This document shows, one piece after another, positions 26,191 to 39,100 of a stretch of 64,000 bases of DNA; position 1 is the stretch's first letter, and the number at the start of each line of letters is the position of its first letter. Under the pieces are notes generated by a model. It saw only the letters and a program-made list of their open reading frames with translations, was not told the origin of the DNA and ran no database searches. The position numbers and the translations under genes are program-made. Origin of the DNA: Nemertoderma westbladi (taxonomy: Eukaryota > Animalia > Xenacoelomorpha); contig JAUCBJ010005141.1 of assembly GCA_032718475.1 (NCBI GenBank), positions 25,954 through 89,953 of the forward strand. The letters are read 5' to 3'.

Positions 26191-29100
26191 ATGTCTGACA
26201 CAAGGCAAACTCTGTCAGATAGTCTCCTAGAAACAACAGTCTGTTTATCAGATAGGAGTATAGAGAATCCCAGACCGAGGTCTGAAACCCCTCCTACTGT
26301 AAGAAAGACAACCCCTACAGTAGCTGTGTCAGAACCTAGGTTGGTAGAAGCGATTTCGCAATTTGCGAAGTTAGTGAAGCGCCGTTGGTCTGCCATAGGC
26401 ACTCGGGCCCAAGTCAAGCGGGACCAAGAAGCAGCGGAACCGCAACAACCCGCGAGCCAAGAACTTACTTCTCAACGGCCTGATAGCTCCAGTAGTTCGG
26501 ATACTGTTGAGCGGACGCCCGAACGCGGAGCGAAGATGGCGGATAAGGTTTATGATGAGCGGCCAACCTATGAAGAATCAACCGACGCCACTTCTTCTCA
26601 AGAAGAAAGCGAAGCGACAGCAGAGAAACCGCATAAGAGGGATGCCATTGACATCTATCTGTCAGACTATCAACGTTTTGTGGGAGATGAAGAGTTGAGG
26701 AGAAGGCTGGAGGGGCTTAGTCCTAATAGCGAAGGAGCCAAACTTGTGTTAGATGCGATTGATGTGGATAGGTTAGCGGCGAACCAAGCTAAATTCGATG
26801 AACAACTCCGCATCGCTAGAGAAAAGGAAGAACAAGTAAGGAAAAAACGTATAGAAGATAGAAAGACAGCAGCAGCGGCAGTGGCAGTGGCAGAAGCGGA
26901 AAGAAAGGCAGCAGAGGCAGTGGCAGAGGCAAAAGCGGCAGCTGCAGCAATAAAAGCGGCAGCGGCAGAGGCAAAAGCGGCAGCAGCAGAAGCGGAAAGA
27001 AAGATAGCAGTGGCAGAAGCAGAACGGAGGGCATCTGAAGAGACAACCCAACTAGAGTTGGAAAATCTTCAAGAGAGGCAAGATAACTTTAATAAACAGT
27101 TAACAGCTAGTAATATGCATATGATGAATCGATCTACTCCCAAACGACAAGGTTATACATCATCTGAGGAAGGTAATACCACCGACACTGAAGGCGGAGG
27201 AAATCGATCCCGCCTAAGCAGACGTAAAAGAACATTCCACCGTCAGAAATTGCCTGATTTGCCTCCAGCTGTTAGAAGGCAACTAAATAACACCAACTTA
27301 GAGAGTACAGAACCCACAGACCAAATAATTACAATAGAAAGACTCCCTACTATAGTAGATGAGCCTGAAATAAGTAGGCCTGTTCATGAAATCACCCCTT
27401 CGGTAATAGATACACCTGTGCTCCCTGAAGCTACCTATAAATTCCCTCTGCATAGCACTAAGCTACCTGTGCCCCGTAGAACTGCCCAGGAGACAGTTCA
27501 GGTCCTGGACCCCGAGCGAAATATTCCAAATTTGTCGCCCGTTGTCCCTCGTCTGCCCGCTACGACGTTGGCGGATCCCGTTTCAGCGGTTGATTGGGTA
27601 GACGAGAGACGGCGGGGGATGGATATTCTCCTCGGAGAGATGAAGGAGAATCGGATACGCTCCTCCCAACAGGTCCGAGAGTTGGAAGGGACTGTCCAAC
27701 ATTTAAAGGGAACAGTGAGGGAAAGTAAGTTAGAGTTGCAAGAAGTGCAGCAAAATATCGCGCTAGAGCGCGATAAATTAGTAAATTTACAAAAGGGTAT
27801 ACCACCACCCCCTGTAACAATGTGTCAACCCGTTAGGTCTGAAGTATCTCATGCGCAAGGTGTGGAGCCTACACGCATTTATACTGCTAGCGAAGTAGAA
27901 ACTCCTATAATGAACCCTATTAAGGGTAATTATATACCTGTTGATAATGACATTCCCTATAGAACTGATCATAATCCGAGAAATTTATATACCGATAACT
28001 CGATATTAAATAACACGATGGCCCAAGAAAGTTTTACGCGTCAAATGGCTAGAACCGAAGCCCGGCAAGCGGTAAAGGTGGGAGAGATCGTCAAGTTCAA
28101 TGGAGATGAGATGAAATGGTTACCTTTTAATGAATATTATAAAGATAACATACAGAACTCTGTACTATCTAACGGAGAGAAACTTAGATTCCTCATCGAA
28201 TGTTTGGAAGGACCTCCCAAGTCAATGGCGTTAAAATTTATTGGACATCCAGATGGATTAAGACAAGTTTGGGATACACTAAACATCAGGTATGGTAATA
28301 GGACTAACATAGCTAGGTATTTATATGCGAAATTAATGGCGCCCCGAAAGTTTCTTAGCAGCGGGATTATAGAGTTTTCCGATGAGATTCAGGAGATCTG
28401 TAGACAACTAGATTGGTTAGGTAAGTCTCATGAATACCAGAATTCTATGGTTGTAGGAGCCTTAGCATCTACTTTGCCCAAGGGTGGAGTAGGTACACGC
28501 TGGGACAAGAAGGTGTTATATATGATGGAACAACAACGACGAGACCCTACCATGACTGATCTCATGTCATTCTTAGATAGAGAAGTGAAATTACAGCTCC
28601 TAAGGCAGTCCAGAGAGAAGACATTGGAAAACAAGGTAAGTGAGAAACCCGTTTCTAGGAGAAGGGTAACACCAGTATGTTATACCGACGACGGTGAAAG
28701 CCAAACTTCTCAAGGAGAGGACAGCGGGAAAGACACTGACAGATCTTATTATGTCAATAAAATGCCTAAAGATCAGGTAAGTAAATCCGAGTCTCGACCC
28801 AATGACAGAAGGGAACCGGTACAAAAAACCCTTCCTACGTCTCCTAAAAGAATTCAGGTGAGAAAGCCCGAGGAAAGAACAAGTGTGCACAATGTTATTC
28901 AAAATAAGGTAAGTAACATCAAACCGAAATGTGCGCTATGTGACGGGACCCACCATTTGAATAGGTGTGATGAATTTCTAAAGAAATCATTAACGGAGAG
29001 ACGCGAAGTCATGTGGGATAAGCGGTTATGTTATAATTGCCTCAGACAAGGACACCAACGGCGAACCTGTTTCTCTGACATAAGGTGTGCAAAGTGCGGC

Positions 29101-30669
29101 GCAAAACATCATATCTTGTTGCACACGGAATTCGAACGAAACAGCCCGAGTCAGGTAAGTGAGTCCGAACTACATGTCCAATTCAGTGATGTGAACGACA
29201 CTGATCAATCTGAGATGGAAGGATTCTATACGGACGAGTTCTCCGACGAAAACGAATCCTGTTACTTAATAAACACCACCGCAGTGTATCGAGCACTCAT
29301 GTATGAGAAAGACACAGACAGCGACCTCACCCTAACTACTTCAGATCAACAACCATCTTGGAAAGCGCCAACTTCCAATATAGGAATCCGAGAATTTCCT
29401 GTAGTCCAGTTAAGGGTTCACGGACCTAAACGGAGTTATGTAGTGAACGCCCTCCTTGACTCCGGTAGTACAGGAACATTCATCGACCAAGAGCTAGCCG
29501 AAGACATATTTGCTGGACAACCCAAGTTCCGAACTACGCTCAACATGTCAGGCATTATGCAAGTCTGGAAATCCACAATAACAGCGGATTATTATGTAGG
29601 AGCGTTGTCCACCCCCCAGGACGAACTAGGAGAACATAGCATCAGGTCAGTGAAAATGGTGGCTATAAAGAACTTCGCTACTACTCAAGCAGACCTTTAT
29701 AATTGGGACGAGGATGAGAGCATCCAACATCTTAACATACCTCGATTCCAGACTGATTATCCTGGAGTGCAAATACTCATCGGCCAAAACGCGCATGAGG
29801 CGCTGGAGACATTAGAGAAACGACCTACTCAACCGCAGCCACTACAGACCTATGCGGTAAGAACTAGAGTAGGTTGGTACCTTACTGGACCTTCCCGTAG
29901 AACGCTCAGGGAAAGACTGCTTCAAGATCGCGTCTGCCAGGTGAGTGAATGGGAAGATGATACTAGTGAGGGAGATGACCCAACTGAGGGAACACCACAC
30001 TCCTCAGATAATGACAATCTTAGCTCCAATGTAGATCAATGGAGATATTGCCCCAAGAAGTTTAATCCAACTGACATCGCTTCCAGAGGAGCAACTCCTC
30101 AAGAACTGACAGATACTACAGACCGGTTAGGTGAACCCGACTTCCTGAGTAAGGAGGATGAATGGCCTCCCCATCTTACTCCGACTGAGATTAGACCAGC
30201 CAAGGGAGCGGAGAAAGTCAAACCTAAAACCCGGACGGGTGGATCGGAGTTATTTGAACCCGGGATAGATCTGTCGGTATTACATATTGCCAGGGACGAC
30301 GCCGTGGATCTGGACCTCCCCACCGCGAGTGGATCCTTCATGAAGATCAGAGAGAGCGATTGGAGCTCTGGAACATCAGACGTCTCGCAGGGACTCTCAC
30401 CTCTCCTGCAGGGAGCGACGGACCACTATAGCTCCTGGAATCGGCTTTGTAAAGCCGTCGTGTACCTAGAGCGATGTTTCTATCGTCACTATTCCAGGAC
30501 GAAGAGGAAACCTGGAATTGTATTCGGGATGCAGCGACTCAATCACCCAGTCGGTCGTTTGTGTTTACCGGAAGGGAATGGAGGACTCTCCGGAAACTGT
30601 GGAAGGCAAGATTCTCTTCCCACGACCACCTCCCTAATCCTTCAAACATCTAGGGACTCCATAACGTAA
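26191..30669 (+). CDS. gag: Gag-protease polyprotein (1492 aa) with in-frame deletions of RT/RNase H and integrase
   Basis: Open ORF with an AEAERK coiled coil, a BEL gag core (KFNGDEMKWLPF, DUF1759-like), three Cys/His knuckles and aspartic protease ALLDSGS. It then jumps to DQWRYCP..NPTDIASRG and to the last residues of Pol. Confidence 0.93.
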   Translation: MSDTRQTLSDSLLETTVCLSDRSIENPRPRSETPPTVRKTTPTVAVSEPRLVEAISQFAKLVKRRWSAIGTRAQVKRDQEAAEPQQPASQELTSQRPDSSSSSDTVERTPERGAKMADKVYDERPTYEESTDATSSQEESEATAEKPHKRDAIDIYLSDYQRFVGDEELRRRLEGLSPNSEGAKLVLDAIDVDRLAANQAKFDEQLRIAREKEEQVRKKRIEDRKTAAAAVAVAEAERKAAEAVAEAKAAAAAIKAAAAEAKAAAAEAERKIAVAEAERRASEETTQLELENLQERQDNFNKQLTASNMHMMNRSTPKRQGYTSSEEGNTTDTEGGGNRSRLSRRKRTFHRQKLPDLPPAVRRQLNNTNLESTEPTDQIITIERLPTIVDEPEISRPVHEITPSVIDTPVLPEATYKFPLHSTKLPVPRRTAQETVQVLDPERNIPNLSPVVPRLPATTLADPVSAVDWVDERRRGMDILLGEMKENRIRSSQQVRELEGTVQHLKGTVRESKLELQEVQQNIALERDKLVNLQKGIPPPPVTMCQPVRSEVSHAQGVEPTRIYTASEVETPIMNPIKGNYIPVDNDIPYRTDHNPRNLYTDNSILNNTMAQESFTRQMARTEARQAVKVGEIVKFNGDEMKWLPFNEYYKDNIQNSVLSNGEKLRFLIECLEGPPKSMALKFIGHPDGLRQVWDTLNIRYGNRTNIARYLYAKLMAPRKFLSSGIIEFSDEIQEICRQLDWLGKSHEYQNSMVVGALASTLPKGGVGTRWDKKVLYMMEQQRRDPTMTDLMSFLDREVKLQLLRQSREKTLENKVSEKPVSRRRVTPVCYTDDGESQTSQGEDSGKDTDRSYYVNKMPKDQVSKSESRPNDRREPVQKTLPTSPKRIQVRKPEERTSVHNVIQNKVSNIKPKCALCDGTHHLNRCDEFLKKSLTERREVMWDKRLCYNCLRQGHQRRTCFSDIRCAKCGAKHHILLHTEFERNSPSQVSESELHVQFSDVNDTDQSEMEGFYTDEFSDENESCYLINTTAVYRALMYEKDTDSDLTLTTSDQQPSWKAPTSNIGIREFPVVQLRVHGPKRSYVVNALLDSGSTGTFIDQELAEDIFAGQPKFRTTLNMSGIMQVWKSTITADYYVGALSTPQDELGEHSIRSVKMVAIKNFATTQADLYNWDEDESIQHLNIPRFQTDYPGVQILIGQNAHEALETLEKRPTQPQPLQTYAVRTRVGWYLTGPSRRTLRERLLQDRVCQVSEWEDDTSEGDDPTEGTPHSSDNDNLSSNVDQWRYCPKKFNPTDIASRGATPQELTDTTDRLGEPDFLSKEDEWPPHLTPTEIRPAKGAEKVKPKTRTGGSELFEPGIDLSVLHIARDDAVDLDLPTASGSFMKIRESDWSSGTSDVSQGLSPLLQGATDHYSSWNRLCKAVVYLERCFYRHYSRTKRKPGIVFGMQRLNHPVGRLCLPEGNGGLSGNCGRQDSLPTTTSLILQTSRDSIT

Positions 30670-32319
30670 CAACATATGGAGTGGGTGTGTGACTCTATTA
30701 TTTTATATTATTTTATTATTTTTATATTTCTGTATGTATTACTATGTAATTTTATTATAATCGTTTTCTTTAATTTTATTCAGTAGAATGTTATTTTAGC
30801 GATTATTTAGTAGATTAGTGCAATATATATTCGCGTTTATTACTTAATTACGTATATATTATATTTAATGCGACGGCAAGAAATAATTCTTTTCCTCTTT
30901 CCTTACTGTCCGTATCATATTATAAATACATGACTACAGTAAGATGAAATGTCCGTACTTATTAAAGTACAATAAAGCCACTACTATATTTAAGTATTAT
31001 TGGTAGGCAGAGTATTAGGAATGCAAAGTTCAGATCCTCGTGTCTCGGCTAAACCAAGCTCTGGGTAGACCTTGGAAACGACTTGCCTCTTCACACTGAC
31101 ATTGCTTCGTGCGATATTGCTCTCATACCGTATATTAAATAATACATATAGTAGCGTGATGTCCCTTTAACAGTAGCGTATAACGCAAAATAAATCTGTT
31201 AAACCCTTTGACCATCTGTAATTCTAGTCGATTAAGATATCGTGGCACCCACCGATATACTTGAAAGACAAATTATAGAATCAGTGGTTAACGTCCCCAG
31301 ACAAGTTCTGGAATAAATCGGTGCCCATCTCAAATATTAATTAGTTAATATTTACAAATCAAATAAGTCAAAATCTGTAAAATTCAGATCCTTCAACAAT
31401 TCTAGTCAATTAAGATATCGTAGCATTTACCGATATTCTTAAAGAGACAATTTTCTTAGAATTAAGGATCTTGTGTCCCTAGACATGTTCTAGAATCAAA
31501 ATATGCCCATTTAATTATCAAATAATAAAATTTCAGGGAATAAATTTAAATTCATGTCTTTTAATGAATTTAATAAATTGCCATTTTACGCGATTTATAA
31601 CATTCCCAAAATTCCATTAATCAATAGATCACGGGAGCGGAGATTTATATTATTATGCGTATGCGTGTACGAAAGTCTCCCAAACATAGTTAATAGCCGA
31701 TAAAATTCGTAAAGTCATGTATAAACAGGACATTGACTATTAAAGAATTACTATTAAATAACATCCCAGATCTGTATGCATTGGAATCACCCTAATTCTA
31801 CCGCTAGCTTTGCATAATGTCACCATAGCAACAACCACGCTAGAATTAGAATTGAGTTAAACGAACAATAGAAAGCTTGTCCCATTGAATAGCATAGGGA
31901 ATAAATAGCGCACTACTAGTATCCAAGGATACATAATAATACAGTGACATTCTGGAAGGCATTGACTAACGGACAAATGGCCCAAATGTGCGTAGTTGTG
32001 ACCAGTTGTGTGGTATTTGTGAGTTTATAGGTGAATGTTACTGCTAAGGTGTGTTTACAGTAGCTAGTCGCAATCGTAAAAGTAACCTATCTCTCCAAGG
32101 AAAACCTGAAGTACATCTAAGCCTTTGGGACGGACAGTTGAGTGACTTGTGCCGGTTGTCGTTGTCGTTGTGCGGCTACGTCGTTGGCGAAAGTACAGCG
32201 GCGACGACACATCGGCGCTGAGGATCTCGTACTGTCCGGGGTTGATTGGGGTAGGCAGCGACGCCCGCTCGCCTAAATATAAACTCATTATAATATGGAT
32301 AAACTCATATATAGCGGAT

Positions 32320-33445
32320 ATGACGGAGTTGATAGAAGATGGTCTTGGTATCGGGGAGCGATATACTCTACTTTTACAAGCGTTTGTTGATAGCTTAATA
32401 CGCGGCGACGTTAGTCCAACTGCTGCGGAGGACGATGGTCGTTATATCGAACCGCCAATGTCCCAAGAGCAGCTCGCGCGAGTTGGACTATAGAAAATTC
32501 GCTGCTCGATATACGCGGCGTAATGGTATGTATATGGGCTTCTTAACTACTGGTCATCCTATCGATTTACACAATACGGACTATGTCGACTATATATCCT
32601 GCCCAGCGGAGTCGGAACCATAAACGGAAATTCGAATGCGAAAATTCTATTCGAAATCGACTCGAAAGAAAAGACACTAAAGAAACAAATGGACGCGGTA
32701 ACTCCAACGTATATTTGGAATTCTTGATAGAAGCATTGTAACAACAAATAAATATCACCCGCGTTTACCCTACCAGACGTGCGTCTTTGGTATTATTACG
32801 ATAAATGCCCTAGACCCAACTAATAAACGGAAAGACATAAACATCCACGTAAACCGAAACTTGTTGACGTATCACCTATGCTCACTCGGCTCGAACGATC
32901 CTGGAGTAAACCTACGATCAGAGTCCCGGAATACTCGGTCAAACCTCCTCATTCCTTAGTTGGACCTCAGACCTGCGATCCTGGTGGTGTCGCGGATCCT
33001 CGCGGACTGTATTCACTGTTCAAAGATCTAGTGCTACCCTAACAATTAATCGGTAACACTCCGACAGTGATTTCTAGCTAGCCGCCCATCTTACCTAGCC
33101 GGATTGTGACGCGGACACCTAATATCACTATCCAACCGTATGGTCGTCCACGTTTAACGCGATACAACCCCTCATCAAGGTGAAGGAGAGCGTTGTACGA
33201 AACGAGTTAAACGCTATTTTATAAAGATCAAAAAGGAAACCTGCGTTTGTTCAGATAAACGTAAGTTATAACAGTAAGTCCAATCGATAAACGAATTGGC
33301 CTTATCTCAATTCGATTGGGAAATCCAGAATCTCTAAGAAGTTATCGAACTTGGACGATCCTATTCTCTGCGAGAGTTTTTGGATGAACGTATCCAGCTA
33401 CGAGCGGAGGAAAATCAGCTCGAGGAGAAGCATATCGAAACGGCA
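32320..33445 (+). pseudogene. Disrupted copy of the extra ORF (ORF3) in element B
   Basis: MTELIEDGLGIGERYTL..., RVPEYSV and AEENQLEEKHI are homologous to 44716-46332; multiple stops, frameshifts and deletions. Confidence 0.85.
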
Positions 33446-33672
33446 GATACCTCGACCACAATCTTACACCTTCTGATGCAATCATATTGCACCCTTCACC
33501 CAGGAGTTATGGCCCTCCTAGTAAAGTGGCTCCCCCCAAAGAGAAAAAGACTCTTGCTAGCCTCAAAAAACTGCGTAAACGCCGTCTGCGTAAGAAAGAC
33601 TAACTGTTTAGAGTATCTTTATGTTTTAGAAACTGTGATTTTTATATTTTATAGACTGAAAATCCCATTTTC

Positions 33673-33681
33673 TGGGAGCGG
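33673..33681 (+). promoter_or_regulatory. Polypurine tract of element B
   Basis: TGGGAGCGG abuts the TGT of the 3' LTR. Confidence 0.7.
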
Positions 33682-34885
33682 TGTAAAAGCTTTTGCTGAA
33701 TTGTCCGGTTATTTTTCCTTATTTTTCCCGTAAAATACTCTGTAGTTGGTTTACCAGGCATAAAAAGGCCGTGTCCTTGCTGTACTGGTGTTTTAGCGGA
33801 CATAAAAGCTATTTCTTCTGTATTTGTACTTTAGAGGACATAATCCGTAATTCCGTGACGTAAAAGCTCGATACTCTTGAAAACAGTGTCGCTACCATGA
33901 CGACGGCTAGCAGCTGATATTGCCACGTCGACGTTTCTTTGTCTCTTTGTTCTCTCGTTGTTCAGGTTGACCAATGAGAGCGTTTGTTGTCTCTGTGTTA
34001 GAGGTGTATACAGAAACTCAGTAGTTCAGTGTTATGTTTTGCCCAGAGCCTAAGAACCGGCTTTTGGCACCTCCGTGTTTTCAGTTTTTAGTCTTACACT
34101 AGTAGGTTTAATTATAAGGACATATATCCTTTAACCTAACGACTACTGCTAACTGATCATACATACTGACTGCTGAAACATTGCAAACTCATAACAATCA
34201 GTGTTTTCATTGTTGTTTTATACTGCTATTTACTGTCAGTTCTTCATAATATGGTTGATGAATTATTATATTTGGAATAACGATAAATAACCCCGAAACC
34301 CAATATTCTTGATATACCGAAGGTAAGAGAGAAAGGTTACCAATAACGATTGTGACTTATGTTAAAGTGGTTTGAAGTGAATCTAATGTTATTTGATAGA
34401 CCCTACATGAGTCAGTCTGTGTTCCTTTTATATGTGACTAAAATCAGTGAAGATTGGCAGATTAGTGTGCAGTATTGTGCAGCATTGTGTATGAGCGAGT
34501 CTGTTAAAGAAGCAATTCCTAAAGAATGCGCCATATATGTGAATTATAATTGAGCCATATCGTTGTGAGTAGTTTAAGTCATAACTCTGTTTATATAGAT
34601 AAAGCGCCACGTCCTAAAGGAACTGTTAATATTCCCGAAGGTGAATAATATTGTCAGAGATTATATAATACTGTCAGTCGAATAATACATTAGGCTTACA
34701 TAGCAATAAAATTAAACCGTCGAACCCAATCTCCCGGGAATATCCAGCGGGTGAATGATCGCGCACAGATTGGTTTCGACTAGTGTAGTGAATCAAATAC
34801 TTGTCATAGACTAAAAACCGATTTAATATCTAGAAGACATCTTAATTTGGTGGGTTAAACTGCCAAAGGTCTGAAAGCGCGAACA
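33682..34885 (+). repeat. 3' LTR of element B
   Basis: Direct repeat of 22755-23958, followed by the TSD AAGGG. Confidence 0.97.
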
Positions 34886-35482
34886 AAGGGGGATATTGAC
34901 AATTAAAGAATTACTATTAAATAGCATCCCAGATCTGTATGCATGGGAATTACCCTAATTCTACCGCTAGCTTTCTATAATGTCACCATAGCAACAACCA
35001 CGCTAGAATTAGAAGCGAGTTAAAGAACAATAGAAAGCTTGCCCCATTGAATAGCATAAGGAATAAATAGCACACTGCTAGTATACAAGGATACATAATA
35101 ATAACGTGGCATTCTGGAAGGCACTTGACTAACGGACAAATGGCCCGAATGTGTACAATTTGTGACAGTTGTGTGGAATTTGTGCGTTTATAGGTGAATG
35201 TTACTACTAAAGTGTGTTTACAGTAGTGAGTCGCAATTGTGAAAGTAGCCCTACCTCTGCAGTAAGAACCTGAAGTAAATCTTAGCCCTTGGGACGGACA
35301 GTGGAGTGACTCGCGCTGGTTGTTGTTGTCGTTGTGCAGCTACTATGTTGGCGATAGGCACATCGGCGACAGTACATCAGCGCTGAGGATCTTGCGCTGT
35401 CCGGGGGCCGTGAGGGGTAGGCAGCGACGCCCGCTAGCCTAATTATAACTAATTATAATATAGATAAACTCATATAGCAGCT

Positions 35483-36147
35483 ATGACTGAGTTGATATAA
35501 GATGATCTTGGTATCAGGGAGCGATGTACTCTACCTTTACAAGCGTTTGTTGATAGCTTAATACGCAGCGACGCTAGTCCAACTACTACGGAGGACGATG
35601 GTCGTTATATCGAACCGCCAATGTCCCAGGAGCAACTCACTCGTGAATTGGACTATCGAAAATTCACTGCTCGCTATGCGCATCGTAATGGTACGTATAT
35701 GGACTTCTTAACTACTGGCCATCCTATCGATTTACACGATACGGACTATGTCGACACCGAAAGGGAAATGGTAATATTTAAATATCCTACCCAGCGGAGT
35801 CGGAATGATAAACTGAAAATCGAATGCGAAAATTCTATTCGAAATCGACTCGAAAGAGAAGACGTTAAAGAACCGGATAAACACGGCAACTCCAACGTAT
35901 ATTTGGAATTCTTGAGAGAAACATTGTAAAACCGAATAAATATCACCCGTGTTTCCGCTACAAGACGTGCATCTTTGGTATTATTGCGATGAATGCCCAA
36001 GACCCAACCAACAAACGGAAAGACATAAACATCCACGGAGACGTTGCTTTAAACACGGTTTTACTCGCTATATTTACGGGAGTTTCGAGCGAAACTTGTT
36101 TGATGTATCACCTACGCTCGTTCGATTCAAACGATCCTTAAATAAAC
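35483..36147 (+). pseudogene. Truncated ORF3 copy of the non-autonomous half of element A
   Basis: Homologous to 44716-45545, with an early stop and a ~160-bp deletion shared with element B. Homology ends abruptly at ~36147. Confidence 0.88.
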
Positions 36148-39100
36148 GGAAAGAAAGAAAGGCGGAAAGAAAGGCGGCAGAGGCAGAGGCAGAGGCAGAA
36201 GCGGAAAGAAAAGTGGCAGCGGCAGCGGCCGAAGCGGAAAGAAAGGCGGCAGTGACAGCGGCAGAGGCAGTAGCAGAAGCAGAACGGAGAGCTTCTGAAG
36301 AAACCACCCAATTAGAATTGGAAAACATTCAGGAGAATCAAGACTGCATAAATAAACAGTTAACAGCTAGTAATATGCAGATGATGAATCGATCTACTCC
36401 CAAAAGACAGGGATATACATCATCTGAGGAAGGCGATACCACCGATACTGAAGGCAGAGGAAATAGATCTCGTCTAAGCAGACGTAGAAGAACATCCCAC
36501 CGTCAGAAATTGCCTGATCTGCCCCCAGCTGTTAGAAGGCAACTAAATAACACAGATTTAGGTAGTACAGAACCCACAGACCAAATAATTAAAATAGAAA
36601 GACTCCCTACTATAGTAGATGAGCCTGAAATAATTAGGCCTGTTCTTGAAATCACCCCTTCGGTGATAGAGACACCTGTGCTCCCAGAACCCACCTTTAA
36701 ATTCCTTTTACACAGCACCAAATTATCTGTGCCTAGAGGAACAGCCCCTGAAGCAGTGTCGGTCCTGGACTCCGAGCGAAATATAAAGGATATATCGCCC
36801 GTAGTCCCTCGTCTGCCCGCTACGACGTTGGCGGATCCCGCTTCGGCGGTTGATTGGGTAGACGAGAGACGGGGGGGGATGGACATTCTCCTCGGAGAGA
36901 TGAAGGAGAATCGAGTGCGCTCCTCCCAACAGGTCCGAGAGTTAGAAGGGACTGTTAAACAGTTAAAGGGAACCGTAAAGGAAAGTAGGTTAGAGTTGCA
37001 AGAAGTGCAACAAAGTATTGCGCTAGAACGCGATAAATTAGTAAATTTACAAAAGGGTATACCACCACCTTCGGTAACAATGTGTCAACCTGTTAGGTCT
37101 GAAGTATCTCATGCGCAAGGTGTGGAGCCTACACGCATATATACTGCTAGCGAAGTAGAAACTCCTATAGTGAACCCTATTAAGGGTAATTATAGACCTG
37201 TTGATAATGATATTCCCTATAGACCTGATCATAATCCGAGAAATTTATATACCGATAACTCGATATTAAATAACACGATGGCCCAAGAAAGTTTTACCCG
37301 TCAAATGGCTAGAACCGAAGCCCGGCAAGCGGTAAAGGTGGGAGAGATTGTCAAGTTCAATGGAGATGAGATGAAATGGTTACCTTTTAATGGATATTAC
37401 AAAGATAACATACAGAACTCTGTGCTATCTAATGGAGAGAAACTTAGATTCCTCATGGAGTGCTTGGAAGGATCTCCCAAGTTAATGGCGTTAAAGTTTA
37501 TTGGACATCCAGACAGATTAAGACAAGTTTGGGATACACTAAACATCAGGTATGGTAATAGGAATAACATAGCTAAATATTTGTATGCAAAATTAGTAGC
37601 GCCCCGAAAGTTCATTAGCAGCGGGATAATAGAGTTTTCCGATGAGATTCAGGAGATCTGTAGACAATTAGATTGGTTAGGTAAGTCTCATGAATATCAG
37701 AGTTCTATGGTTATTGGAGCCGTGGCCTCTACTTTACCGAAGGGTGGAGTAGGTACCCACTGGGATAAGAAAGTGTTGTACATGATGGAACAACAACGAC
37801 GAGACCCTACCATGGCTGATCTTATGTCATTCTTAGATGGAGAAGTGAAATTACAGCTCCTAAAACAGTCCAGAGAGAAGACACCGGAAAACAAGGTAAG
37901 TGAGAAACCCGTCTCTAGGAGAAAGGTAACACCAGTGTGTTATACAGACGACGGCGAAAGCCAGACTTCTCAAGGAGAGGATAGCGGGAAAGACACTGAA
38001 AGATCTTATTATGTCAATAAAATGCCTAAAGACCAGGGAAGTAAATTCAAGTCTCGAACCAATGACAGGAGAGAACAGGTAAGAAAAACTCCTCCTACGT
38101 CTCCCAAGAGAATTCAGGTGAGAAAGCCCGAAGAAAGAACGAGTGTGCACAATGTTATTCAAAATAAGGTAAGTAACATCAAACCGAAATGTGCGCTATG
38201 TGACGGGACTCACCGCTTGAATATGTGTGATGAATTCCTGAAGAAATCATTAACGGAGAGACGGGAAGTCATGTGGGATAAGCGGTTGTGTTATAATTGC
38301 CTCAGACAAGGATACCAACGGCGAACCTGTTACTCCGACACAAGGTGTGCAAAGTGCGGTGCGAAACATCATATCTTGTTGCACACTGAATTCGAGCGAA
38401 ATAGTCCGAGTCAGGTAAGTGATTCCGAACTACATGTCCAATTCAGTGATGTGAACGACACTGATCAATCTGAGATGGAAGGATTCTATACGGACGAGTT
38501 CTCCGATGAAAACGAATCCTGTTACATGATAAATACCGCAGTGTATCGAGCACTCATGTATGAAAAAGATACAGACAGCGACCTCACTCTAACTACTTCT
38601 GATCGACAACCATCTTGGAAAGCGCCAACTTCCAATGTAGGAATCCGAGAATTTCCTGTAGTACAGGTAAGGGTCCACGGACCTAAAAGGAGTTATGTAG
38701 TGAACGCCCTCCTTGACTCCGGTAGTACAGGAACATTCATCGACAAAGAACTAGCCGAAGACATCTTTGTTGGACAACCAAAGTTCCGAACTAAGCTAAA
38801 CATGTCAGGAATTATGCAGGTTTGGAAATCTACAGTAATAGCGGATTATTATGTAGGTGCGTTGTCCACTCCCCAGGATGAACTAGGAGAACATAGTATA
38901 AGGTCAGTAAAAATGGTGGCGATAAAGAACTTCGCTACCACCCAAGTGGAACCTTATAACTGGGATGAGGACGATTTCACCCAGCAACTGGAAATACCTA
39001 GATTCAACACCGATTACCCTGGAGTGCAAATACTCATCGGTCAAAACGCGCATGAAGCGCTCGAGACATTGGAGAAACGGCCCGCTCAACCGCAACCATT

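Larger units (their letters stand above)
22755..34885 (+). mobile_element. Nested non-autonomous BEL/Pao element B (12.1 kb)
   Basis: 1204-bp LTRs with ~4 differences; TSD AAGGG (22750-22754 and 34886-34890). The homologous uninterrupted site CATGTATAAAGGGGATATTGAC is at 44111-44132. Confidence 0.96.
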
